Shown here in pieces: positions 33,186 through 45,823 of a stretch of 64,000 bases of DNA. Positions within the stretch are counted from its first letter, which is position 1; each line of letters opens with the position of its first letter. The stretch comes from a phage: sequence record PZ179882.1; one strand, 5' to 3'. The notes beneath the pieces were generated by a model. The model did no database searches, was not told where the DNA came from, and saw nothing but the letters and a program-made list of their open reading frames with translations. Both the position numbers and the translations under genes were made by a program.

Positions 33186-33451
33186 TGCTCATCCTTCAAG
33201 GTTTGGTTTACAGCTCTATTATAAATCAATTCATCATTAAGCTCAGGCAAAGACCTATGATATGTAGTTCTAACTTTATTTCCTTGCATCCAGTGCTTGA
33301 CGTAAATGAAACCTTGCTCTACACATTTTTTAAAAATTCGTTCGTCTTTTTGAGCTCGGAATTCTGGATTGCATCTAAAAAATTGATTTACGTGACCGTA
33401 ATCACGTGTAGTATTACCTTCATTTTCATAAATAGTATGAACAACAAACAT
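33182..33451 (-). CDS. Hypothetical protein (T4 30.1 position)
   Basis: 89-aa ORF, operon-packed. Confidence 0.55.
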   Translation of the reverse strand: MFVVHTIYENEGNTTRDYGHVNQFFRCNPEFRAQKDERIFKKCVEQGFIYVKHWMQGNKVRTTYHRSLPELNDELIYNRAVNQTLKDEQ

Positions 33452-34290
33452 TAGAATGCTCCTTGAAAAATATTATCACCACTAGTAGGTCTATTATACA
33501 AATACTCTATGCCACCAGGTTTAATATAGTTCCATGTCTGAAACGGATGTGTCTGATATGGATGATATGGATGATTATAAGGATTAAATCCAGGCGTTCT
33601 CCAGGTAGTATTCCAAGGAAAAGAATTGTTTTTAACCATTTTCTCAATTGCATCTTTTATAGCTTTTTCACTATCAAAACTTTCTTTATTTTCCTTTGAT
33701 GAAAAAAGCTTATTTTCTACATCATTCCATGTATAAACTCGCTGCGCAGTTTTTGGAATATTGTCACGCTCTCCTCGAGCCATCCAATAAACTGGAACAT
33801 TTAATATTTCACTCGCATGATCGCAGTGATGAGCGAGATCGTCAATATAACAAATTACGTTATATTTCTCTTTTGCCTTTTTGAACAGCTCTTCTTTTGA
33901 AGAATCATGACCACACATCATTACTTCTGAGAAGGCACCAGGAAAAAGAGCATTCAAATTAAATTGACGATTCAACAGAGCGTCAATAGAATCACCCAAT
34001 GCTGTAACAGCTACAAAATTATAATCTTCTTTTAATTTGTTAATTACACACAGGGCATCTTTATACGGAGACAAGTAACGAATAAAATCTGAACGATTGT
34101 ATTTTTCAATTAACTTGACGCCAAGTTCTTCGTCACAATTAAAGAGTTTACCAGGAGAAATAAATTTCTCATCTTGGATCATTTTTAAAATATGTTCTAA
34201 TGGAAGATTATATTTCTGAGCAAAATAAGGAAGGCCTGATTGCCAGCTTAAACATACTCCATCAATATCAGTTAAAATAGTAGGCTTCAT
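33451..34290 (-). CDS. HAD-like hydrolase/nucleotidase-like protein (T4 30.2 position)
   Basis: 279-aa ORF; N-terminal TDIDGV (DxDG phosphatase motif); P/H-rich C-terminus. Confidence 0.6.
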   Translation of the reverse strand: MKPTILTDIDGVCLSWQSGLPYFAQKYNLPLEHILKMIQDEKFISPGKLFNCDEELGVKLIEKYNRSDFIRYLSPYKDALCVINKLKEDYNFVAVTALGDSIDALLNRQFNLNALFPGAFSEVMMCGHDSSKEELFKKAKEKYNVICYIDDLAHHCDHASEILNVPVYWMARGERDNIPKTAQRVYTWNDVENKLFSSKENKESFDSEKAIKDAIEKMVKNNSFPWNTTWRTPGFNPYNHPYHPYQTHPFQTWNYIKPGGIEYLYNRPTSGDNIFQGAF

Positions 34291-34751
34291 AGAGAGTCTC
34301 TTAATAGGTTTAACACATCAATAAATTCAGCTTCAGTTAGTATTGTATCATCTTTTGTTAGACCACTAGCCATGCTGTGCTTCAAAACTTTTCCTTTCGA
34401 GGCTTGTAATGCATCGCGAAAGCCCCTGTTTTGGATCGCTGCTTCAAAATATGCATTTGTGTATAATTCTTTCCACGCTGGAGAGTATCTTGAAAACGGA
34501 ACTCCAAGCCAGAAGAGGGTCCCACGGTCCTGAGCTCTAGCATAAGACCTTCCAGCTTGTTGGGCGGCAAGCCCGGATAACCCAAATATACGACGTTGTT
34601 GTTCAGCATTTTTCACCTTACATCCTTGAAGGAATCCTTCGAGACCTCCAAATTGGATACCATCCATAACGAAAGGCCATTGGGCGAAATTGCTTAATGC
34701 ACATGATGGCCATCTAAAATTGCTTCTTATTTCTAGCTCAGACATTTTCAA
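34287..34751 (-). CDS. NADAR/YbiA-like domain protein (T4 30.3 position)
   Basis: 154-aa ORF; WPFVMDGIQFGGLEGFLQGCK and EAAIQNRGF resemble the DUF1768/NADAR family. Confidence 0.6.
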   Translation of the reverse strand: MKMSELEIRSNFRWPSCALSNFAQWPFVMDGIQFGGLEGFLQGCKVKNAEQQRRIFGLSGLAAQQAGRSYARAQDRGTLFWLGVPFSRYSPAWKELYTNAYFEAAIQNRGFRDALQASKGKVLKHSMASGLTKDDTILTEAEFIDVLNLLRDSL

Positions 34752-34944
34752 TACTTATAATTTCAACATCAGCCCAATGACCATAGCAAGGAAGACGAAA
34801 TTCAACTGGCCAGTTAGGGTCCTTTTCTAATATAATAGACTTAACTTGTGGTTCTTCATGTTCATCGGTATACGGACCTTTATACGTTACTTTATATGTG
34901 ACCTTAATGTACTGAATTCCAAAAATCTTATTAATTATATTCAT
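34738..34944 (-). CDS. Hypothetical small protein
   Basis: 68-aa ORF, operon-packed. Confidence 0.5.
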   Translation of the reverse strand: MNIINKIFGIQYIKVTYKVTYKGPYTDEHEEPQVKSIILEKDPNWPVEFRLPCYGHWADVEIISIENV

Positions 34945-35138
34945 ACTAATTCCTTTAATCCATAGATAGGAGATAATTCATCACCCATACGAAGGTCTTC
35001 ATTTCCATCTACCCAGGAAACAATATAAGCCTCTTTTATTTGAACGTCTCTCCATTTAAATGCAGGCAAAACCTTAGAAATTAATCCAGGTATACCGACT
35101 CCCTTTAATTCAACAGTTTGACCCAAAAAGAATTTCAT
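34941..35138 (-). CDS. Hypothetical small protein
   Basis: 65-aa ORF, operon-packed. Confidence 0.5.
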   Translation of the reverse strand: MKFFLGQTVELKGVGIPGLISKVLPAFKWRDVQIKEAYIVSWVDGNEDLRMGDELSPIYGLKELV

Positions 35139-35425
35139 TAGAACCTCATCTGAAATCCGTGCGATTTAACATTACCACCACCAATGTCAGAAATATTAAT
35201 TTCACGCGCAATTGAAGGGTCAATGTCAATTTCACGATTGAGTTTAATGATTGCTAGAGTATCACGTCCACTTACAGTACGGAACTCTAAAGGACATACT
35301 ACATTAACGTAGTTTTTAATCGATTCACTGGTAGGTTGCAAATGAGCAGGAAGGCCTTTAGGCGCCTTTGAGAAAACCACTTCACAGAAATTTTTGCGGG
35401 TATCAAAATAAGTAGTCATAAACAT
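35138..35425 (-). CDS. Hypothetical protein
   Basis: ORF track 35138..35476; start moved to ATG 35425 (GAGGA RBS) because the upstream part encodes the GGGGCCGAAGCCCC hairpin. Confidence 0.5.
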   Translation of the reverse strand: MFMTTYFDTRKNFCEVVFSKAPKGLPAHLQPTSESIKNYVNVVCPLEFRTVSGRDTLAIIKLNREIDIDPSIAREINISDIGGGNVKSHGFQMRF

Positions 35426-35465
35426 AGTATTTTCCTCAGTAAGGGGCCGAAGCCCCTGTTTTATT

Positions 35466-35843
35466 TTAAATATCAAATTCGTTAAGAACTACATCAAAGA
35501 TTGCTTCAAGATGCTCAGGTTTAGCTCTGTTACTCAGAATATGACGAATCCAAGTTTTAACAAGAAGCTTACGATTAACGCCATTCCAGCAAGGATGAGT
35601 CCCTAAATCACGTTGACGGAAATCATCATCTAGTGCGATTTTAAAAGAAGAACCTTCTTTCGTGATTGAAACCGTAATGCCATTTTCAAATCGCATATAA
35701 ACGTAGTTAGGAGTCATATACTGCTCAATTTCGCATACTGATCCATTTTGATGTTTCCAAAGGCAAATAGTATCAATAGAACCTGCAATACCGTTAGAAA
35801 CATATTTACGTTCAAAGTTAATGTAGTTCATTTTATTCTCCAA
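35466..35843 (-). CDS. Hypothetical protein
   Basis: 125-aa ORF downstream of a GTTTAC early promoter. Confidence 0.55.
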   Translation of the reverse strand: MENKMNYINFERKYVSNGIAGSIDTICLWKHQNGSVCEIEQYMTPNYVYMRFENGITVSITKEGSSFKIALDDDFRQRDLGTHPCWNGVNRKLLVKTWIRHILSNRAKPEHLEAIFDVVLNEFDI

Positions 35844-35898
35844 GATGTTTAATTGCGGTACAGGTATATAATATCATATCCTGTACCAAAGTAAACAA

Positions 35899-36231
35899 TT
35901 ATTTTACTAATTTCCAATGCTTCATGTCAAGTTTGCCAACTTTTTTCATCTTCTCAATTAAGCGTTCGGCACGTTGGCGAGCTGTAACATAATACCATTC
36001 ACCTAATTCATTTTGTTCAATTTTTCCAATGATTACTGTATTCAATTCATAAATCCAACCAGTAAAGAAATTATGAACTTGAATTGTAAAGGTGAAATCT
36101 GTTCCCATACCTTCTGTTGTTTCTACTTCAATAATATCACCTTCAACTGCCATTAAGAACCACATAGTTTCATCATATTTACCATTGAAGCATTTAGTTT
36201 TAACTGTAGCGTTCAGATTAATCGTTTTCAT
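35899..36231 (-). CDS. Hypothetical protein
   Basis: 110-aa ORF. Confidence 0.55.
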   Translation of the reverse strand: MKTINLNATVKTKCFNGKYDETMWFLMAVEGDIIEVETTEGMGTDFTFTIQVHNFFTGWIYELNTVIIGKIEQNELGEWYYVTARQRAERLIEKMKKVGKLDMKHWKLVK

Positions 36232-36341
36232 TTTATTCTCCTTTGTTTGTGTAAGATAATACTATCACAAAGGAACTATACTGTAAACAACTTTGTGCAA
36301 TCTTTGGAAAATAAAAAAGGACTCCCGAAGGAGTCCTTAAC

Positions 36342-36518
36342 TTATGCTTTCTGCTTACCAAAACGAGAAGCATCATCTCGAAGAACCGCACGTGCTCGGC
36401 GCATGATCTTCTCAACAGTTTGATTGATACGAGAGTTCGACCCACGCTTGTAACCAGCGCGTTTAGAATCACCAACTTTCTTTTCAACTGCTTTCTTTGC
36501 TTTAGCTTGTTTTGCCAT
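36342..36518 (-). CDS. Small highly basic protein
   Basis: ORF track 36342..36560; likely start at MAKQAKAKK (ATG 36518); K/R-rich; hairpin terminator 36314-36342 follows. Confidence 0.45.
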   Translation of the reverse strand: MAKQAKAKKAVEKKVGDSKRAGYKRGSNSRINQTVEKIMRRARAVLRDDASRFGKQKA

Positions 36519-36638
36519 TATAAATTCTCTTTTAAATGAAAATGCAGGACTTATTGGCATTGCCTGCGAAAGCCCTCAAGGGGGTACTTAGGTTTTAAAT
36601 ATTTACCGACAGGATAACCATAAACCTCGTCAACATAA

Positions 36639-36887
36639 TTACTTCAGTGTTACCACAAAGTGACGAACTGCTTTTCGTGCGGCAGAAGCCAGAGGCTTAG
36701 CATACTTAAGTTCATCTTTTTCCTGAAGCTCAGCAGCTAGTGCAGTTTGAGCAGGATTCAGATGTTTGAAATAACGCAGGATTTCAAGAGCTTCGGCTTC
36801 AACATCAATAGATGCGCCATAGTTTTCGTGACCATTATTCCATGCGTTTCGTTGCAGTTCAAGAGCGTGTTGTAATTGTTTAATCAT
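36639..36887 (-). CDS. rIII: rIII lysis inhibition accessory protein
   Basis: 82-aa ORF; matches T4 rIII in length and position. Confidence 0.75.
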   Translation of the reverse strand: MIKQLQHALELQRNAWNNGHENYGASIDVEAEALEILRYFKHLNPAQTALAAELQEKDELKYAKPLASAARKAVRHFVVTLK

Positions 36888-37034
36888 TTAAAAATTCTCG
36901 TTAGAGATTAAAACTCGGTAGTCACGTTCTTCTGAATTTCATCTTCTTTCGACAGATCTCTCAGTTGTAGACTACCACATAGAATTGTTCGGTTAACTTA
37001 TTATTCCGACACCCAATTCATATTATTATTTATA

Positions 37035-37370
37035 TCACTTATAAAGACACGGAATAGCTTTATAGTGACAGGTAACGAATTTTTGTTTAATTTCTTTTGG
37101 CTGCTTAAGACCCAGAGCTACAAAAGGGTGTGGAACGTTTCGAATTTGACCAACTGGAAGAGAAGTCAAATCACCAACTTCACAGAAACCTTCAGGAACA
37201 TCAGGACCGACAGAGTGAACTACACACAGTTCAGGAACTTCACCTTGAACACGTTTACCGATAATAAGTCCTGATTCTGTAACTTCTTCATCACCGGCTT
37301 GTGCAGGTTCAGAAACTAAAATAACATATTCACCGACAGCACGAATTGGTAGCTGTTGTACTTCAGACAT
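37035..37370 (-). CDS. 31: Head assembly co-chaperonin (GroES-like)
   Basis: 111-aa ORF; matches T4 gp31 as recalled. Confidence 0.9.
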
Positions 37371-37426
37371 CGTTTTTCCTTTTTGTTAACAGATGAATTA
37401 ATAATAACAAATAATTCTTAAAGCAT

Positions 37427-37735
37427 TTATTTACCAATAAATTGGAGCAAATGTTCAACTTTCATACCATTAACGGAAATCAATTTGTCAATAGAAAAAC
37501 CTCGCCATGCACCAAGCTCAACATCAAATACTGGAATCATATCAGTAGATTCTTTCCGAGTAGATTCAGTCAATTTACCGGTTTGCATGGTTGGCATAAA
37601 GTCTGCATCACGAGTACCTTTCATAGTACGAATAGTACCATCAGACTTTTCAAAAACCACGTTTGAAATACCCATGGACAATTTAGTTTTCAAAATTTCA
37701 CGAATTGCTACTTTCTGTTCAGTTGTCAGTTTCAT
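37427..37735 (-). CDS. Hypothetical protein (T4 31.1 position)
   Basis: 102-aa ORF. Confidence 0.55.
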   Translation of the reverse strand: MKLTTEQKVAIREILKTKLSMGISNVVFEKSDGTIRTMKGTRDADFMPTMQTGKLTESTRKESTDMIPVFDVELGAWRGFSIDKLISVNGMKVEHLLQFIGK

Positions 37736-37972
37736 TTATTTACCTATCACAGTTTTAATATGAGTTGTTCCACGTTCTTTAAGAGTGGAAAGCAACTTTT
37801 GGCATTTTTCTAAATCAGATTTCCAACTATACGGCCTATCAATACAAACCCATTCTGACTTATAATACTGTTTCCATTTAGAGAAAAAATACTTCTTATA
37901 CTCTACAGCAAATGAAATGTTCTCGTTAGAATAAGAACTAATTGCTGTGAGCTGTACCAAACGAAATTTCAT
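37736..37972 (-). CDS. Hypothetical protein (T4 31.2 position)
   Basis: 78-aa ORF. Confidence 0.5.
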   Translation of the reverse strand: MKFRLVQLTAISSYSNENISFAVEYKKYFFSKWKQYYKSEWVCIDRPYSWKSDLEKCQKLLSTLKERGTTHIKTVIGK

Positions 37973-38553
37973 TATTCACCACAGAATTCGTTGATATTTT
38001 CCCAGTTTAACTTATTCAAGTTTTTCTTAGGAACATTAAACACTTCAATACCCGCATTTCGCAGAATATCATCCCAGCCAGGTTTATTTTTATCGTATGT
38101 TTCGCAATAAACCAGCTTTTTAATTCCAGATTGAGCTATCGCTTTTGCACAATCTGGGCAAGGAGAAAGTGTTACATACATAGTAGCACCTTCAATTGAA
38201 GAACCATTTCGCGCAGCAAACAAAATCGCATTTAGTTCAGCATGAATTTCATTTTTAGACGACCACTCAGAGTGAGCACTACGATGTTCTTTCGCCAAGA
38301 CAAAACGATCAGTTGAACCAAACGATACACATTCGGGCTTATGACCTTGAATGATAGTGTGTTTAGGCTTATTCAGCAACCAACCTTGCTCGGCAGCATA
38401 ATCACAACAATTCACACCACCTGCCGGAGAACCGTTATATCCAGTAGAAATAATACGCCCATTCTTTTCAATTACTGCTCCTACCTTCCAGGAGCAACAT
38501 TTTGATTCTTGCGATACTAAATATGCAATTTGAAGTACTGTACTCGCTTTCAT
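37972..38553 (-). CDS. cd: dCMP deaminase
   Basis: 193-aa ORF; zinc motifs HAELNA and PCPDCA. Confidence 0.9.
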   Translation of the reverse strand: MKASTVLQIAYLVSQESKCCSWKVGAVIEKNGRIISTGYNGSPAGGVNCCDYAAEQGWLLNKPKHTIIQGHKPECVSFGSTDRFVLAKEHRSAHSEWSSKNEIHAELNAILFAARNGSSIEGATMYVTLSPCPDCAKAIAQSGIKKLVYCETYDKNKPGWDDILRNAGIEVFNVPKKNLNKLNWENINEFCGE

Positions 38554-38888
38554 TTCATAATCACCAGATAAGCAGATTTAGCAGTTTCAACACGATAAAT
38601 TTCGTGACGAAGTTTAGTTATACTTTTAATAACAGAACTAATTATATTCTGCCCGTCTTTAAAGCGGTTTTTCTTATCAATAAAAATTGCACCAGCCATC
38701 TTTTTGTGAAGCTCAACTGGATACTTCGTCACAATAATAGCATCATACACAGAAGGATGAATACTGTTCACCAGAGTATCATTCATTAAAGTTATTCTAA
38801 TGAACTGTGCTGTTTCAGAGTCAAGCGCTCTATGATCGCCAGTATCATTTTCAAGACAATTATCAATTATATCAGTTAAATTCATCAT
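38550..38888 (-). CDS. Hypothetical protein (cd.1 position)
   Basis: 112-aa ORF, overlapping stop/start packing. Confidence 0.5.
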   Translation of the reverse strand: MMNLTDIIDNCLENDTGDHRALDSETAQFIRITLMNDTLVNSIHPSVYDAIIVTKYPVELHKKMAGAIFIDKKNRFKDGQNIISSVIKSITKLRHEIYRVETAKSAYLVIMK

Positions 38889-39121
38889 AGTACGCCATAC
38901 ACCCTTTGTGCTTCAACTAATCCATCAAAATCCAGTTTAAGATGTGTTATTTGATCACCATCACCTGGATTCACAATTACTAATACTGAACGAGGAGTTT
39001 CGGTAATAACACGAACCGACGTTTCAGGAAATCGTTCAGAAACCTTATTTACTAATTCTTGAGCAAATAGTTTAACTTTTTCTTGGAATTCTTTAGTAGT
39101 AATTGGTTTTTCACTTAGCAT
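38885..39121 (-). CDS. Hypothetical protein (cd.2 position)
   Basis: 78-aa ORF. Confidence 0.5.
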   Translation of the reverse strand: MLSEKPITTKEFQEKVKLFAQELVNKVSERFPETSVRVITETPRSVLVIVNPGDGDQITHLKLDFDGLVEAQRVYGVL

Positions 39122-39642
39122 GTTGATCCCAGCTCCTTACTTTCAACGTTTTTAACTAATTTGACAGAAACTAATTCGGCATCTTGGGTAATCATTACCG
39201 GGCCTTCTTCATACTCTTCAAGATATTCTAGAGCTTTCTTTTTAGCTTCTTCCTTCGTATCAGTTTGAGCATAGATATAGAACATACAACCAGTAATACC
39301 TACTACTTTCCACTTAATTTCTTTATCAGCTTTAATTTCAAATTTACTGACAGAATCATCTTTTTGAACTTCTTCGAAAAAAGAATATTCTAACATATAA
39401 GCAATTGAAAATAACGGACTAACTTTATAGGATTCGCCCATTACATCAACAGCTTTATACCAGCAGTCATCAATTTCACGTTTAATGCTAATAACATTTT
39501 TCGCAGGATCTATTTTTACTTTAAATGAATTTTCCCCAATAAACTGGGCAATTCGTTTATTAGCCCCGCAAGTTTCATTAAAAATATCTTTATATCCAGC
39601 TTTAAAGCGATAAACCTTATCTTCTTCAAACCATTCGCTCAT
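39115..39642 (-). CDS. Hypothetical protein (cd.3 position)
   Basis: 175-aa ORF; GTTTAC early promoter upstream. Confidence 0.55.
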   Translation of the reverse strand: MSEWFEEDKVYRFKAGYKDIFNETCGANKRIAQFIGENSFKVKIDPAKNVISIKREIDDCWYKAVDVMGESYKVSPLFSIAYMLEYSFFEEVQKDDSVSKFEIKADKEIKWKVVGITGCMFYIYAQTDTKEEAKKKALEYLEEYEEGPVMITQDAELVSVKLVKNVESKELGSTC

Positions 39643-39704
39643 TTCAATTTCCTCATTTGTTTTGGTAGAGCTATAATATCACAACTCTACCGTAAAGTAA
39701 ACTA

Positions 39705-39980
39705 TTAAATTGCTTTGAATTCTGATGTCTGTGATTCAAAACGAATATCGCCTTTGATGACTAGCTCAGCATCAAGACCGAATACGACAATGATATGCGC
39801 AGAACCTGGATACAGTGTAATGGCGATAGAATCCACCTGGTCTGGAAGCAAAGTGTTCAATACATGAGTCACTTGAGCATGAATTCGAAGCTCAGCTGCG
39901 TTATCAAGCTTTTCAAACATATTATTAGCGATAATTTGGCTAAACACTACTTCTACGATTTTAGAATAAGTCGGAAACAT
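39705..39980 (-). CDS. Hypothetical protein (cd.4 position)
   Basis: 91-aa ORF. Confidence 0.5.
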   Translation of the reverse strand: MFPTYSKIVEVVFSQIIANNMFEKLDNAAELRIHAQVTHVLNTLLPDQVDSIAITLYPGSAHIIVVFGLDAELVIKGDIRFESQTSEFKAI

Positions 39981-39982
39981 AT

Positions 39983-40183
39983 TTACCTCACATAATTTTC
40001 TTCAAGCCAATCAATAACATCCAACGCATTATCAAAAGTTGAACCATCTACTTTGTCTTCTGTTTCATAATCAAGAACATCTAGGCCTACTCTTCCATCA
40101 ACAATAGGCCATAAACAAAATAGATATTTCCTTTCTTTTTCAATCTTATCGCAAAGACGATAAATCTTTTCTATATTATTCAT
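39983..40183 (-). CDS. Hypothetical protein (cd.5 position)
   Basis: 66-aa ORF. Confidence 0.5.
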   Translation of the reverse strand: MNNIEKIYRLCDKIEKERKYLFCLWPIVDGRVGLDVLDYETEDKVDGSTFDNALDVIDWLEENYVR

Positions 40184-40372
40184 AAGTTTTCCATGGTAAA
40201 GGCAGTTTAGTTTTCTTTACTGTTAGTTCAACATCAGGATTCTTTTCTCTTAATTTAAGGCATTCCTCCCAAGCTCTGATTTCACTAGTGAATATACAAA
40301 ATTGCCCATTACTAGTACCAACTAAACCACTATTTACAATAACAATAGCCCAAGTTTCATGATGCCAAGCCA

Positions 40373-40373
<1 letters not shown>
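40176..40373 (-). CDS. Hypothetical small protein
   Basis: 65-aa ORF abutting the pseT stop. Confidence 0.45.
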
Positions 40374-41594
<1,221 letters not shown>

Positions 41595-41598
<4 letters not shown>

Positions 41599-41825
41599 TT
41601 ATTTTTCTCAACTAATGATTGAATATAATCATGCAGGTCTTTAGATGCTTTACCCCACTTATTTTGATATTCATTTTTGAGATTAGCACGGGATTGAGCT
41701 AATAAAACATCATTAGTTGGAGGTAAAGATTCTAACCGCTGAATCTGGCGTCCATAAATCATTGCAGCCATCTCGGATTCATAAATCAATCCTTTGAGAT
41801 GTTCAAATTGATGCCATGAAATCAT
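41595..41825 (-). CDS. Hypothetical protein
   Basis: 76-aa ORF. Confidence 0.5.
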
Positions 41826-42121
41826 TTACATTTATCCTCTTTTAACTCTTGACGATAATAACATATCATAGTTTTTTGGTCATGTACATATCGTTTTACA
41901 TCATTAAGCCAAATACGAAATTCCTGGGAATCTTCAAATGGCATACCGACCCAAGCTTTACCATCAATAACTTTAACTTGCCAAGATAGTTTAGCTTCAT
42001 CATATGACTTTATCTGTACAGGCCAATTAGGATGAACTGTTTCTTTCTTTACTTCTAGAGGCTTTGTCGAACAACCAGCTAGAAGACCGATAGATAATAT
42101 TACTGCTGATAGTCTAATCAT
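41822..42121 (-). CDS. Putative o-spanin (outer-membrane lipoprotein, Rz1-like)
   Basis: 99-aa ORF; signal peptide with lipobox LLAGCS; adjacent to the i-spanin-like gene (T4 pseT.2 position). Confidence 0.6.
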   Translation of the reverse strand: MIRLSAVILSIGLLAGCSTKPLEVKKETVHPNWPVQIKSYDEAKLSWQVKVIDGKAWVGMPFEDSQEFRIWLNDVKRYVHDQKTMICYYRQELKEDKCK

Positions 42122-42471
42122 TTAGAAAGGTCCTGGATGTCTTCTGCGAACTTGTTGAAGGAGTTGTTGATTTGTTTTTCAACCAATCCTGGCTTACGAG
42201 CCACCACATCCGCCTTCTTTGCATCTTTGCGCAGTTTTTCATTTTCACGCTCAATAGCAGCAATCGCCTCACGATTTTTATTATTCATCGCATCAATATA
42301 ATTATACTGAATTCGCAAATTATTTAATGCTAAGGCGTTTTCATTGGCCGTTTTTGTAATTTCTACAACAGACGTTTCTAATCTTTCAATTTTATTTTTT
42401 AAAATTAAAGAAGTTCCGCCTAATGCAATTACAATTAATAGCAAACCTGCTGTCGTATTACTTAATTGCAT
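42118..42471 (-). CDS. Putative i-spanin (Rz-like)
   Basis: 117-aa ORF; N-terminal TM helix LLLIVIALGGTSLIL followed by coiled-coil-like region (T4 pseT.3 position). Confidence 0.6.
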   Translation of the reverse strand: MQLSNTTAGLLLIVIALGGTSLILKNKIERLETSVVEITKTANENALALNNLRIQYNYIDAMNNKNREAIAAIERENEKLRKDAKKADVVARKPGLVEKQINNSFNKFAEDIQDLSK

Positions 42472-42968
42472 AAAGTTTTAATAACCTCTATAATATCGTC
42501 TTTCTCAAGACCGTTAATTAAAATATGATGTTCAGCCGGAGATTTAGAAATTTTAAAGCATGCCTCAACATCTTCTGCCATATCCGATGCGCTACGATTT
42601 GGATTACTAATTCCAAGACGATGTTTTCCCGTTAAAGGATTAACGATGATATAGCATTTACAGTTGTTAATATGAACATTAGGTTGAGTCTGATTAATGA
42701 ACACATCGCAATCATATTTCGCAAGCTGATTTTCTAAAAAGACTTTCATCTCCTCAACCGCATCAGGAAGCATATCACGGGCTTGCTCAAGACGACGATT
42801 TCGATATTCTTTAATGGTCGTTTTCCGCTTGACTTGCTTAGCTAAATCTTTCTTAAGATCGGTGATATATCCAACTCGACGATTTCCTTTAAATACAGAA
42901 ATCCCATCTGTAGTATCACCATATGCTTCAACGACCATTTCAGTAGTAATAAGCTGCAAATCCATCAT
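42462..42968 (-). CDS. alc: Putative Alc (host transcription termination/unfolding protein)
   Basis: 168-aa ORF between the spanin genes and rnlA, as in T4; preceded by a conserved early promoter. Confidence 0.6.
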   Translation of the reverse strand: MMDLQLITTEMVVEAYGDTTDGISVFKGNRRVGYITDLKKDLAKQVKRKTTIKEYRNRRLEQARDMLPDAVEEMKVFLENQLAKYDCDVFINQTQPNVHINNCKCYIIVNPLTGKHRLGISNPNRSASDMAEDVEACFKISKSPAEHHILINGLEKDDIIEVIKTLCN

Positions 42969-42995
42969 AAAGTCCTCATGTTATGTCAGTAAGAC

Positions 42996-43025
42996 TACTG
43001 TAACACAACACGAGGGACTTGTAAA
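42996..43025 (-). promoter_or_regulatory. T4-type early promoter with conserved leader (second copy)
   Basis: Minus strand GTTTACAAGTCCCTCGTGTTGTGTTACAGT...CATAACATGAGG; near-identical to the 27304-27333 copy. Confidence 0.55.
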
Positions 43026-43029
43026 CAGC

Positions 43030-44617
<1,588 letters not shown>

Positions 44618-44644
44618 AATAAAATGGGCCTTGCGGCCCACTCC

Positions 44645-45823
44645 TTAAAAATATTTTTTAAAACTCATCATAACTTTATCATCAACATCATTATCAATCT
44701 GTGCTACAAGGTAAGATGACAGTTCTACTTCTTGTGGCGCGGATTGAACATTATCAGAATTAAGGTATTCACGAATCCAAGGATATGGATGTTTAACCGG
44801 AGCATCGGTAATTGGGCATGGAAGACCGCACTGTTTCATACGAGATACAGTTAAGTAATCAATAAAGCTCCACATGCTATTTGTATTTAATCCAGGAACA
44901 TCGCCATCTTTAAATAAATGAACTGCCCAGTCTTTTTCTTGGCGGTTAACTTCCATGAAAATATCAACTGCTTCTTGTTCACACTCTTGAGCAATTTTAA
45001 CCCATTCATCACCGTCAGTGCCAAGTTGAAGTTGACGAATAATATATTGTGTACCTTTAAGATGAAGTTGTTCATCACGCGCAATGAACTTCATAATCTT
45101 GGCATTACCTTCCATGATTTCCATGTTCTTATGGAAGTTAAAGGTACATGCGAAAGATACATAAAAACGAATAGCTTCCAATGCATTGATTACATGGAGG
45201 CAAAGATAAAGAGATTTCATTAGTGCTCGTTTAGCTTCGGCTTCTTGTTTAATAGCTCGATTTAAACGAAAATCAGCATCAGGAGATTCTTTAGCTAGTT
45301 CTACAAATTCTTTAGCATTTTCCCATTCACGGGTCTTCTTAAGAACATCATCGTAATAGCGACCAATGGACTCAGCGCGTTTCATAATATCTTCATCTAA
45401 TACAATCTCATCAAATACCTTTGACGGATCAGTATAAAGATTTCGCATGATATGGGTATATGAACGGCTGTGAATAGTTTCACTAAAAGTCCATGTAGCA
45501 ACCCATGTATCAAGACTTGGATCTGAAATTAATGACATAAGTACTGCAGACGGTGCACGACCCTGAATGCTATCTAGAAGTGATTGATACTTCAGGTTAT
45601 TAGTAAAAATATCTTGCTGATATTGAGGAAGCTTGTTAAATTGTGCAGCATCCATCATTAAGTTTACTTCTTCAGGACGCCAGAAAAATGACAACTGCTT
45701 TTCGGTTAAATCTTCAAAAACTTTATGACGTTGAATATCGTAACGCGCAATACCAAGACCTGAACCGAAGAACATAGGTTCTTTTAAAACATCAACTGGA
45801 TTTGTATTAAAAACTGTGCTCAT
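44645..45823 (-). CDS. nrdB: Ribonucleotide reductase beta subunit, uninterrupted (no intron)
   Basis: Continuous 392-aa ORF with the expected class Ia R2 iron-ligand residues. Confidence 0.9.
   Translation of the reverse strand: MSTVFNTNPVDVLKEPMFFGSGLGIARYDIQRHKVFEDLTEKQLSFFWRPEEVNLMMDAAQFNKLPQYQQDIFTNNLKYQSLLDSIQGRAPSAVLMSLISDPSLDTWVATWTFSETIHSRSYTHIMRNLYTDPSKVFDEIVLDEDIMKRAESIGRYYDDVLKKTREWENAKEFVELAKESPDADFRLNRAIKQEAEAKRALMKSLYLCLHVINALEAIRFYVSFACTFNFHKNMEIMEGNAKIMKFIARDEQLHLKGTQYIIRQLQLGTDGDEWVKIAQECEQEAVDIFMEVNRQEKDWAVHLFKDGDVPGLNTNSMWSFIDYLTVSRMKQCGLPCPITDAPVKHPYPWIREYLNSDNVQSAPQEVELSSYLVAQIDNDVDDKVMMSFKKYF

Noticed and set aside
35426-35476. N-terminal extension of ORF 35138..35476
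   Set aside because: It encodes the GGGGCCGAAGCCCC hairpin; the internal ATG at 35425 has a GAGGA RBS
36233-36487. 84-aa minus-strand ORF overlapping the small basic gene in another frame
   Set aside because: It spans a terminator hairpin and promoter; the basic protein frame (36342..36518) is more gene-like
44918-45223. 101-aa plus-strand ORF
   Set aside because: Antisense and fully inside nrdB
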